From NCBI GenBank assembly GCA_964440565.1, contig CAYTTB010000001.1, positions 29,361 through 93,360 of the forward strand: a stretch of DNA of 64,000 nucleotides, in the 5' to 3' direction. The DNA comes from an uncultured Thermoanaerobaculia bacterium. Its GTDB lineage: Bacteria; Acidobacteriota; Thermoanaerobaculia; Thermoanaerobaculales; Sulfomarinibacteraceae. This document shows positions 29,803 through 37,725 of this stretch, in pieces. Position 1 is the first letter of the stretch, and each line of letters starts with the position of its first letter. Below the pieces are notes generated by a model. That model was not told where the DNA came from, made no database searches, and saw only the letters and a list, made by a program, of their open reading frames with translations. The position numbers were made by a program, and so were the translations under genes.

Positions 29803-31187
29803 CAGGCCCCTCCCCCGCCGCCGACGAGCGCGTCCACGGTCCGGTCCAGCTCCACCCCGCGGGACCCCTTCACCAGCACCACGTCGCCGGGCTCGAGCAG
29901 CCGCTCGAGGAGGCGCGCCGCCGCCTCCGCGTCCGGGACCAGGTGCACCGCCCCCTCCGGCATCCCCGCCGCGCGCGCGGCCCCCGCCACGGTGCCGGCG
30001 TGCTCGCCGCCCACCGCCACCAGCACGTCCGCGGTGGAGGCGGCGCGGCGGCCGGCCTCGGCATGGGCGGCGGGCGCCGCCGCCCCCAGCTCGTACATCT
30101 CCCCGAGCACCGCCACCCGCCGGCCGGCCGTGGCGGCGAGCAGCTCGAGCGCCGCGGCGACGGCGGCGGGCGAGGCGTTGTACGAGTCGTCCACCACGGT
30201 GACGCCGGAAGCGAGGCGGTGCACCCGGCCGCGGCGCGGGGCGGGCTCGAGGCGGGCGGCGACCGCCGCCATCCCGGCCAGCGGCACGCCCAGCGCCCAT
30301 GCCGCCGCCGCGGCCGCCAGCAGGTTCTCCGCCTGGTGCCGGCCGGGGAGGGGAAGATCCATCGCGACCCGTTCGCCGCCGGCGGCGATCTCGAGGTGCG
30401 ATCCCTCCAGCCCCCGGGCCTCGAGCGTGACCAGGCGGACGTGAGCGTCGCCGCGTCCGTACCGCACCGTGCGCAGATCGGGGCGGCGGTCCGGGAAGCC
30501 GGCCTGCCACGGGTCGTCGGCGTTGATCACCAGGGTACCCCCGCGGCGCACGTGCGCCAGGGCCTCGGCCTTGGCCTCGGCCACGGCCGCGAGGTCGGGG
30601 AAGAACTCCATGTGGACCGGCGCGATCCGGGTGTAGAGCAGGAGATCGGGCGCCACGATGGCGGCGAGACGGTGGAGCTCGCCGGGGTGGTTCATCCCCA
30701 TCTCGGCGACGAGCACCTCCACCTCCGCCGGCTGCGAGAGGATCTCCGCCGGCAGGCCCAGGGTGGAGTTGCGGTTCCCCTCCGAGGCGCCGGTCAAGAA
30801 CCGCGCCGCCAGGAGGCGCGCGAGCATCTCCTTGACCGTGGTCTTGCCCACGGCGCCGGTGAGCGCCGCCACCCGCCACGGCCGCCGCCGCCGCTCGGCC
30901 GCGGCCAGCGCCTCGTACGCGGCCATGGGGTCGGCCACCACCAGGAGCGCCGTGCCGGCCGGCGGCGGGGGCACCTCCACGCCCTCGCGCACCAGGGCGG
31001 CGGCGGCCCGGCCCAGCGCCTCGGCGACGAACTCGTGCCCGTCGCGCCGGCTGCCGGGGAGCGCCACGAACAGGTCCCCCGCCTCCACCCGGCGGCTGTC
31101 CACCTCGGCCCCGGTGAGCAGCGCCCCGCCCTCCCCCACCAGGCGGGCACCGAGGAGACGGGCGGCCTCGGCGGCCGTCATCCGCAT
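29802..31187 (-). CDS. murF: UDP-MurNAc-tripeptide--D-alanyl-D-alanine ligase
   Basis: Tail of ORF 29802..32534 from the ATG at 31187 (461 aa), after GGGAGGGG. The motif ALTGAVGKTTVKE is present. It overlaps the murE end by 10 nt. Confidence 0.9.
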   Translation of the reverse strand: MRMTAAEAARLLGARLVGEGGALLTGAEVDSRRVEAGDLFVALPGSRRDGHEFVAEALGRAAAALVREGVEVPPPPAGTALLVVADPMAAYEALAAAERRRRPWRVAALTGAVGKTTVKEMLARLLAARFLTGASEGNRNSTLGLPAEILSQPAEVEVLVAEMGMNHPGELHRLAAIVAPDLLLYTRIAPVHMEFFPDLAAVAEAKAEALAHVRRGGTLVINADDPWQAGFPDRRPDLRTVRYGRGDAHVRLVTLEARGLEGSHLEIAAGGERVAMDLPLPGRHQAENLLAAAAAAWALGVPLAGMAAVAARLEPAPRRGRVHRLASGVTVVDDSYNASPAAVAAALELLAATAGRRVAVLGEMYELGAAAPAAHAEAGRRAASTADVLVAVGGEHAGTVAGAARAAGMPEGAVHLVPDAEAAARLLERLLEPGDVVLVKGSRGVELDRTVDALVGGGGGA

Positions 31188-32641
31188 CGCACCCCTCCCG
31201 CGAGCTCGCGCACCACCTCGGCGTCGGAGAACGGCACCGTGCGGTGGGCGAGCACCTGCACCCGCTCGTGCCCCTTGCCCGCGATCACCACCACGCTCGA
31301 CGGGTCGGCGAGCTCCAGCGCCAGCGCGATGGCGCGGCGCCGGTCGAGCTCGAGGAGCGGCTCGGCGCCCGCGGCGCGGACACCCTCGGCCACCGCCGCG
31401 GCGATGGCGGCGGGGTCCTCGGACCGGGGGTTGTCGGAGGTGACGACGGCGACGTCGGCCAGCCGCCCCACCGCCTCGCCCATGGGGCGGCGCTTGCCCG
31501 GGTCGCGGTCGCCGCCGGCGCCGAACACCACCACGAGGCGGCGCGCGCCCGCCTCGCGCAGCGCCTCGAGCACCGCCCGGAGCCCGTCCGGCGTGTGGGC
31601 GTAGTCCACGAACACCGGGAACGGGAGCTCCACCTCCACCCGCTCCAGCCGGCCGGGCAGCGGCGCGGCCCCCTCGAGCCCGGCGACGATGGCGTCGTCC
31701 GGTACCCCGAGCGCCAGCGCGGTGGCGGCGGCGGCGAGGGCGTTGCGCAGGTTGTGCCGGCCCGGCAGGGGCAGGAACAGCTCGCGGCGGCGGCCGTCGA
31801 GGACAAGCTCGCAGCGGGTGCCGCGGAGGTCCGCGCGCTCCCGGCCGGCGTGCACCCGCCCCTCCCCGAGGCCGTAGGTGACGTCCCCGGGGCGGGAGCG
31901 CTCGAGGAGACGCCTCCCCCACGGCTCGTCGGCGGGCAGCACCCGCACCCCCTCCGGCGCCAGCAGCTCCTCGAACAGCCGCCGCTTGGCGGCGAAGTAC
32001 GCCTCCATGTCGCCGTGGTAGTCGAGGTGGTCGCGCGACAGGTTGGTGAAGGTGGCGGTGCGGAAGGCGAGACCGGCCACCCGGCCGAGGGCGAGGGCGT
32101 GGGAGGAGACCTCCAGCACCGCCGCCTCGCCGCCGGCCTCCGCCAGGCGCGCCAGCAGCGGTGCGAGGTCGGTGGCCTCGGGGGTGGTGCGCTCCGCGGG
32201 CACCTCGAGCCCGGGGAGCCGGTAGGCGAGGGTCCCGAACACGCCGACCGTGCGGCCCGCCGCCTCGAGGCAGCGGGCGAGGAGGTCGGCCACCGTGCTC
32301 TTGCCGTTGGTGCCGGTGATGCCGGCGAGCACGAGCCGCTCCTGGGGATCGCCGGCCAGGGCCCAGGCGGCGCGGGCGGCCGCCGCCCGGGGGTCGGCGG
32401 CCACGATCCAGGGCAGCGGAGGCGCCCCCGCGGGTCGCCTGTCGGTGAGCACCGCGGCGGCGCCCCTGGCCCGCGCCTCGTCCAGGAACTCCAGCCCGTG
32501 CCGCCGCAGCCCCGGCAGCGCCGCGAACACCCACCCCGGCTCGACGCGGCGCGAGTCGTGGGTGATCCCGGTGACCTCGGTGGTGGGGTCGCCCTCGAGC
32601 CGTGCGGCGGGCAGGCGCGGCAGCAGCGCGTCCAGCCTCAC
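31178..32641 (-). CDS. murE: UDP-MurNAc-L-Ala-D-Glu--2,6-diaminopimelate ligase
   Basis: Tail of ORF 31178..34294. The GTG at 32641 overlaps the ftsI stop. Motifs GITGTNGKST and DNPRSEDP are present. Confidence 0.9.
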   Translation of the reverse strand: MRLDALLPRLPAARLEGDPTTEVTGITHDSRRVEPGWVFAALPGLRRHGLEFLDEARARGAAAVLTDRRPAGAPPLPWIVAADPRAAAARAAWALAGDPQERLVLAGITGTNGKSTVADLLARCLEAAGRTVGVFGTLAYRLPGLEVPAERTTPEATDLAPLLARLAEAGGEAAVLEVSSHALALGRVAGLAFRTATFTNLSRDHLDYHGDMEAYFAAKRRLFEELLAPEGVRVLPADEPWGRRLLERSRPGDVTYGLGEGRVHAGRERADLRGTRCELVLDGRRRELFLPLPGRHNLRNALAAAATALALGVPDDAIVAGLEGAAPLPGRLERVEVELPFPVFVDYAHTPDGLRAVLEALREAGARRLVVVFGAGGDRDPGKRRPMGEAVGRLADVAVVTSDNPRSEDPAAIAAAVAEGVRAAGAEPLLELDRRRAIALALELADPSSVVVIAGKGHERVQVLAHRTVPFSDAEVVRELAGGVRCG

Positions 32642-34287
32642 GCCGTCCTCCCTCCCGCCGACGGCGGGATCCCCAGCTCCTGCATCGCGGCGCGGGCGAG
32701 GCGGGCGAAGGCGGGGGCCGCGGTCTCGCTCGCCCAGCTGCCCGCCGGGGCGTCCACCAGCGCCACCACGATCACCGCCCGCGGCCGCCCGGCCGGCAGG
32801 AACCCGGCGAACCAGGTCACCAGGCGGTCGTCGGAGAGCCGCCCCCCCACGGCCCGCTGCGCCGTGCCCGTCTTGCCCGCGACCCGGTACCCCGGGACCG
32901 CGGCGGCTGCCCCGGTGCCTTCGGCGACCACCCGCTCGAGCATGGCGGTGACCCGCGCCGCCAGCGCCGCGTCCAGCACCCGGGCCCGGGGTGGCGGCAC
33001 CGGGTCGTCGGCGAGCAGCCGGGGGCGGAGGAGCCAGCCGCCGTTGGCCACGGCGGCGTAGGCCAGGGCGAGCTGCAGCGGGGTGACGGTGAGCTCCTCG
33101 CCGAGCGAGAGGCCGGCGGGGCTCAGGCTCGACAGGGCGCGCTCGGAGGGCAGGATGCCGGGCGACTCGCCGGGAGCGCCGAGGCCGGTGCGGCGGCCGA
33201 AGCCGAAGGCGGCGAGCGCGCGGAGCAGGAACCGCGCGTCGAGCCGCTCGGCCACGCGCACCATCCCGGCGTTGGAGGAGTACGCCACCACCTCCTCCAG
33301 CGTGTAGCGGCCGGGTGGCGCGTGGTCGCGGATCCAGTGACCGGCCAGGCGGATCCCGCGGGCGCGGCAGTCGAACCGCTCCCCGGACCGCACCGCGCCG
33401 GCCGCCAGCGCCGCCGCCGCCACCAGCGGCTTGGCGGTGGAGCCGGGCTCCCACGCGGCCTGCACGGGGAGCAGCCGCCACCGCTCGGGTCCGGCGGCCC
33501 CGGGGCGCGCGGGATCGAAGGAGGGCAGCGACACCAGCGCCAGCACGTCGCCGCGGACGGGGTCGAGGACCACCGCCGCGGCGGCGCGTGCGTGCGCGGC
33601 CCGGCGGGCCGCCTCGAGCTCGGCCTCGCACGCCGCCTGGAGCCGTGCCCGGAGCGTGAGGGTGAGGTCGCGCCCGGGCCGGCCGCCGGCGAGACGTCCC
33701 AGCCGCAGGCGGCGGCGCGAGGCGTCGTAGACGGCGACGGCCCGGCCCGGTTCGCCCGCGAGGAGACGGTCGAACCGGTACTCGAGCCCGGAGCGGCCCA
33801 CGATGCGGAGCTCCTCGCGGCCCACGAAGCCGAGCAGGGGAGCGGCCAGGCTGCCGTGGGGGTAGACACGGGCGGCGTCGGGCACCAGGGCCACCGCCTC
33901 GGGCTCGAGCTCGCGCACGGCGCGGGCAGTCCCGGGGGGTACGTGGAGGGCGAGCCACCCCCACCGCCGCTGCAGCCGGCGGGCCACCGTGCCGGGGTCG
34001 AGGCCGAGGCGCCACGCCGCGGCGGAGACGAACAGGTCGCGGTGACGGAGCCGGACCGGGTCCACCTGGAGGGCGTAGCGCCGCTCGGTGGCGGCGAGGA
34101 GGTAGCCGTCGGCGGAGCGGATGGCGCCCCGCCGCACCGGCACCTCGATCTCGCGCTGCTGCTGGCGCATCGCCAGGGCGGTCCAGCGGGCGTGCTCCAG
34201 CACCATCACCTGGGTCGCGCGCGCCGCCAGCACCGCCGCCGCGGCGGCGAGCGCCGCGCCCACGGCGCGCAGCCGCCGGCGGATCAC
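32638..34287 (-). CDS. ftsI: Penicillin-binding protein 3-type transpeptidase
   Basis: ORF 32638..34287, 549 aa. The GTG start follows GGGAGGTG and overlaps the ftsL stop. Motifs STAKP (SxxK), SSN and KTGT are present. Confidence 0.88.
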   Translation of the reverse strand: MIRRRLRAVGAALAAAAAVLAARATQVMVLEHARWTALAMRQQQREIEVPVRRGAIRSADGYLLAATERRYALQVDPVRLRHRDLFVSAAAWRLGLDPGTVARRLQRRWGWLALHVPPGTARAVRELEPEAVALVPDAARVYPHGSLAAPLLGFVGREELRIVGRSGLEYRFDRLLAGEPGRAVAVYDASRRRLRLGRLAGGRPGRDLTLTLRARLQAACEAELEAARRAAHARAAAAVVLDPVRGDVLALVSLPSFDPARPGAAGPERWRLLPVQAAWEPGSTAKPLVAAAALAAGAVRSGERFDCRARGIRLAGHWIRDHAPPGRYTLEEVVAYSSNAGMVRVAERLDARFLLRALAAFGFGRRTGLGAPGESPGILPSERALSSLSPAGLSLGEELTVTPLQLALAYAAVANGGWLLRPRLLADDPVPPPRARVLDAALAARVTAMLERVVAEGTGAAAAVPGYRVAGKTGTAQRAVGGRLSDDRLVTWFAGFLPAGRPRAVIVVALVDAPAGSWASETAAPAFARLARAAMQELGIPPSAGGRTA

Positions 34288-34622
34288 GGGGCACCTCCCG
34301 TCGCGGGTGGCGTCGCCACCGCCGCGGGCGGCTCGAGCCCCAGCCGCCGCGCCCGCTCGGCCAGACGCGCGGGATCGCGCCGCCGCTCGAGCTCGAGCTC
34401 CAGCGCCCGCCGGCGCCGCTCGAGCGCCTCCACCCGCCGCTCGAGCTCGAGCACCCGGTAGCGGGTCTCCAGCGCCTCCAGGCGGGGCCAGCCCACGAGC
34501 AGCAGGACCCCGAGGAGCAGGCCCGCGAGCAGCAGCAGCGCGAGGAGGACGCGGGGCCAGCGGCGGTCCGGGGCCACCACCACGTGGTCGTTGCGCGGCA
34601 GCAGGACGAGCGGGCGGCTCAC
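34284..34622 (-). CDS. ftsL: FtsL-like division protein (TM plus coiled coil)
   Basis: Tail of ORF 34284..35114. The GTG at 34622 overlaps the rsmH stop. The TM helix VLLALLLLAGLLLGVLLLVGW is followed by a heptad-like Leu/Glu/Arg region. The call rests on position and architecture only. Confidence 0.6.
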   Translation of the reverse strand: MSRPLVLLPRNDHVVVAPDRRWPRVLLALLLLAGLLLGVLLLVGWPRLEALETRYRVLELERRVEALERRRRALELELERRRDPARLAERARRLGLEPPAAVATPPATGGAP

Positions 34623-35563
34623 GGCGCCTCCTCCCCGGCGAGGCGCTCCACCGCGCGCAGCCGCGCCGAGCGGGCCCTGGGGTTGGCGGCCACCTCCGCC
34701 TCGGTGGGCCGGACCGGGCGGGTGGTCAGGGGACGCACCAGCCGGCGGGCGCCGCAGCGGCACTCGGGAAGCCCCGGTGGGCAGGTGCAGCGCCCGGCGA
34801 GGGCGGCGAAGGTGCGCTTGACGATACGGTCCTCGAGCGAGTGGAAGGAGATCACCGCCAGGCGACCGCCGGGGCGGAGGACGCGAACCGCGGGCTCCAG
34901 GAACCGCTCCAGCTCCCCCAGCTCGTCGTTCACCGCGATGCGCAGCGCCTGGAAGGTCCGGGTCGCGGGGTGCACCCGTCCGCGGCGGCCGGGACCGAGC
35001 ACCTCCACCACGATCTCGGCCAGCCGGCGGGTGGTGCGGATCGGCTCCCGCCGGCGGGCGGCGACGATGGCCCGGGCGATGGCCCGCGCCCGCCGCTCCT
35101 CCCCGTAGGACCACAGGATCCGCATCAGCTCCTCCTCGGACGCGCCGTTGACCAGGTCCGCGGCGGTGGGCCCGGCCGGCTGCATGCGCATGTCCAGGGG
35201 ACCGTCGTGGCGGAAGCTGAACCCCCGGGCGGGGGAGTCCAGCTGGAGCGAGGAGCAGCCGAGGTCGGCCACCACCGCCGCGGGCGGCTCCTCGCCGAGC
35301 TCGTCGAGGATCTCGGGAAGCTCGGAGAACCGCCGCTCGAGGAGGCGGACGCGGCCACCGAACCGGTAGAGGCGCGCGCGGGCCGCCGCGAGCGCCTCCG
35401 GGTCACGGTCCAGGCCGAGGAGCCGGCGGCGGGGATGGGCCTCGAGGAGCGCCTCCGCGTGGCCACCCAGCCCCACCGTGGCGTCCACCACCAGGCCGTC
35501 CCCCACCGGCTCGAGGAGCGCCGCGACCTCGCCGCGAAGCACGGGCACGTGGCCGGACGACAC
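34619..35563 (-). CDS. rsmH: 16S rRNA (cytosine1402-N4)-methyltransferase
   Basis: ORF 34619..35563, 314 aa, with motifs HVPVL, DATVGLGGHA and SFHSLEDRIVK. Confidence 0.92.
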   Translation of the reverse strand: MSSGHVPVLRGEVAALLEPVGDGLVVDATVGLGGHAEALLEAHPRRRLLGLDRDPEALAAARARLYRFGGRVRLLERRFSELPEILDELGEEPPAAVVADLGCSSLQLDSPARGFSFRHDGPLDMRMQPAGPTAADLVNGASEEELMRILWSYGEERRARAIARAIVAARRREPIRTTRRLAEIVVEVLGPGRRGRVHPATRTFQALRIAVNDELGELERFLEPAVRVLRPGGRLAVISFHSLEDRIVKRTFAALAGRCTCPPGLPECRCGARRLVRPLTTRPVRPTEAEVAANPRARSARLRAVERLAGEEAP

Positions 35564-35576
35564 GGCCCCACCCCAT

Positions 35577-36020
35577 TCACCGCCCCGTCCTGGCGAGCTC
35601 CTCGAGCTCCTCCCGGGAGAGGGTCTGCTGCGCCAGCAGCTCGGTGGCGCGCGCGCGGCTGGTGACCGCGAGGTGGTCGAACCGGCCCGAGACCACCACC
35701 TCGCCCTCCAGCGGGACCGCCTCCCGGAGGAGCTGCGGGACGAGCACCCGCCCCTGGTCGTCCACCTCGACCAGCTGCCCGTAGTTCGCGAGCTCCAGGA
35801 ACTTCATGGCCAGTGGATCGAAGGGGCTGCGCGCGTCGATCTGCGCCTCCCACCGCTCCCAGACCCGGAGCGGGAACAGCCGGAGCTCCCAGGGGAACAG
35901 CGAGCACACGAACAGCTCCTTGCCGTAGGCGGTGTCGAGCTGCTCGCGCAGGCGGGCCGGCAGCTTCAGACGCCCCTTGGCGTCGATGGTTGCCGGGTAC
36001 CCACCACGAAACCGTTCCAT
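35577..36020 (-). CDS. mraZ: Transcriptional regulator MraZ
   Basis: Tail of ORF 35577..36317 from the ATG at 36020 (147 aa), after GAGGGGGA. Motifs DAKGRLKLPARLR and DDQGRVLVPQLLRE are the duplicated MraZ/SpoVT-AbrB halves. Confidence 0.9.
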   Translation of the reverse strand: MERFRGGYPATIDAKGRLKLPARLREQLDTAYGKELFVCSLFPWELRLFPLRVWERWEAQIDARSPFDPLAMKFLELANYGQLVEVDDQGRVLVPQLLREAVPLEGEVVVSGRFDHLAVTSRARATELLAQQTLSREELEELARTGR

Positions 36021-36062
36021 CTGTCCCCCTCGGCCGCCCCGGCGACCCCTTCCTGGCTCGAT

Positions 36063-36100
36063 CGGCCACTGAGGGCCATTTTGGGCCACTTCTGACCACC
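36063..36100 (-). promoter_or_regulatory. Four 10-bp-phased direct repeats (G/A)TGG(C/T)C: candidate MraZ operator
   Basis: The minus strand reads GGTGGTCAGA AGTGGCCCAA AATGGCCCTC AGTGGCCGAT. Plus-strand CCAC/CCAT cores lie at 36066, 36076, 36086 and 36096, between the putative -10 and the mraZ start. Confidence 0.5.
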
Positions 36101-36102
36101 CC

Positions 36103-36131
36103 ATCTTGGCGCCGTCCCCGGCCGCTGTCAA
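36103..36131 (-). promoter_or_regulatory. Putative dcw promoter
   Basis: The minus strand has TTGACA (36131..36126), a 17-nt spacer and CAAGAT (36108..36103). The -10 is weak. Confidence 0.4.
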
Positions 36132-36491
36132 GGGGTTCCGACGTTCCCGGGAGTTTCCCCGATCTCGCGCCGGCGGAGGTACCCCTCCTTCGCGTCCGCG
36201 GCCCCGGGGCCGGGCCCCGGCCCCCACGGTCGAGACGCCCGTGGGGCCCGCCATCCCGCCGCGCCCGGGCGAGCTCGCGGCCCCGGATCCGGCCGCGGGT
36301 GCCCGGCGGGGCGTCACGTGGCTCGAGCCGCCGGCGAGCGAGGCCCCGGCGGGCTCCTCGGGACGCCGGCTGGTGGGAGCGGGGCGCGTCCGTGGCGGGG
36401 ACGCGAGTGCGCCGCGGTGAGCCCGGGGAGAACGGGCCGAGGGGCGTGGGCACGGGCGGGACCCGAGACCGCGTGCCCGCCAGGGGGTCGC

Positions 36492-37250
36492 TCAGGCGAG
36501 GATCGAGTAGCCGCCGTCCACGACCAGCGTCTGGCCGTGGATCATGCTCGCGAACTCGGTGCAGAGGAAGACCACGGCGTTGGCGACGTCCTGCGGCTCC
36601 ACCAGCCGCCCCGCGGGCGTGCGGCGGCGGCTCGCCTCGAGGAGCTCGTCGCGGTTGGGGAAGTGGCGCAGCGCGTCGGTGTCCACCGTGCCCGCGGAGA
36701 CCGCGTTGATCCGCACCCCCTGCGGGGCCAGCTCCGCCGCCAGGTGGCGCACCATGGACTCGAGCGCGGCCTTGGAGGCGCCCACCGCCGTGTAGTTGGG
36801 GATCGCCCGCACGGCGCCCAGCGACGACACCGCCACCACCACCTTCTCGCCCCGGGAGGGGAGGCGAACCAGCTCCTGCACCAGCGGCAGGAGGGCGGCG
36901 GCGTTGATGTCCATGGTCCAGTGGAAGTGGTGGAGCGTGAGCTGGGTGGCCGGCCGCAGGACGCCCGAGGCGGCGTTGGAAACCAGGATGTCGAGGCCGC
37001 CCCATGCCGCCTCGATCTCCCGGAACATCCGCTCGACATGCTCGGGCCGGGCGACGTTGCCCTTGAGCACCAGCGCTCGCGCGCCCCGGGACTCGATCTC
37101 GCGGGCGGTGGCCTCGGCCCGTTCGCGATGGCGCAGGTAGTTGATGGCCACGTCCACCTTGAAGTCCGCCAGCGACAGCGCGATGGCACGGCCGATCCCG
37201 CGGGACGATCCCGTCACGAGAGCCCGCTTGCCGCGCAGCCTGAGATCCAT
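36492..37250 (-). CDS. fabL: Enoyl-[acyl-carrier-protein] reductase FabL (SDR)
   Basis: ORF 36492..37250, 252 aa. It resembles B. subtilis FabL along its whole length (ALVTGSSRGIG, NAASGVLRP, WTMDINA, YTAVGASKAALE, DTDALRHFPNR, TPAGRLVE, GQTLVVDGG). Confidence 0.85.
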   Translation of the reverse strand: MDLRLRGKRALVTGSSRGIGRAIALSLADFKVDVAINYLRHRERAEATAREIESRGARALVLKGNVARPEHVERMFREIEAAWGGLDILVSNAASGVLRPATQLTLHHFHWTMDINAAALLPLVQELVRLPSRGEKVVVAVSSLGAVRAIPNYTAVGASKAALESMVRHLAAELAPQGVRINAVSAGTVDTDALRHFPNRDELLEASRRRTPAGRLVEPQDVANAVVFLCTEFASMIHGQTLVVDGGYSILA

Positions 37251-37275
37251 GATCCCCCCAAAAAGCGCGTGGCCC

Positions 37276-37305
37276 TTGACAATCGCGAAGGGCCACCCGG
37301 ATAAT
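37276..37305 (+). promoter_or_regulatory. Putative promoter of hup
   Basis: TTGACA (37276-37281), an 18-nt spacer and GATAAT (37300-37305). GGAGG lies before the ATG at 37337. Confidence 0.55.
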
Positions 37306-37336
37306 GCCCGGAGAGACTACCACAACGGAGGTTGGG

Positions 37337-37630
37337 ATGAACAAGACCGAGATGGCGATGAAGCTGGCCAAGAAGGCGGGCATCAGCCAGGCCAAGGCCG
37401 GCGAGATCCTGGACATCATCTTCTCGGCGCAGCCGGGCAAGGGCCTCATCGCCACCGCCCTGGACGCTGGCGAGAAGGTGACCATCCCGGGCTTCGGGAC
37501 GTTCTCCACCCGTCAGCGGGGCGAGCGGATGGGCCGCAACCCCGCCACGGGCGAGCAGATCCGCATCCCGAAGAAGCACTACGTCCACTTCAAGCCCGGC
37601 AAGACGCTCCGCGAGCGCGTCGAGAAGTAG
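37337..37630 (+). CDS. hup: DNA-binding protein HU
   Basis: In-frame ATG at 37337 (97 aa). Motifs MNKTEMAMKLAKKAGISQAKA and GFGTFSTRQRGERMGRNPATGEQIRIP are present. Confidence 0.92.
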   Translation: MNKTEMAMKLAKKAGISQAKAGEILDIIFSAQPGKGLIATALDAGEKVTIPGFGTFSTRQRGERMGRNPATGEQIRIPKKHYVHFKPGKTLRERVEK

Positions 37631-37657
37631 AGCCGCTTCCCCGACCGGAGAGGGGCG

Positions 37658-37681
37658 GTCACGGCCCGGAGGGGCCGTGAC
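37658..37681. terminator. Perfect 10-bp-stem hairpin between convergent genes
   Basis: GTCACGGCCC-ggag-GGGCCGTGAC. Confidence 0.55.
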
Positions 37682-37684
37682 GGC

Positions 37685-37711
37685 GGGCTCCGCGCATCCA
37701 GCGCGGAGCCC
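37685..37711. terminator. Perfect 11-bp-stem hairpin between convergent genes
   Basis: GGGCTCCGCGC-atcca-GCGCGGAGCCC. Confidence 0.55.
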
Positions 37712-37725
37712 GAGCCGTTCCGGGG

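Noticed and set aside
36440-36491. Possible terminator hairpin downstream of fabL (GGGCACGGGCGGG ... GCGTGCCCGCC)
   Set aside because: The two halves are not true reverse complements in register. Only short alternative 6-7 bp stems with 15-17 nt loops are possible, and there is no T-tract.
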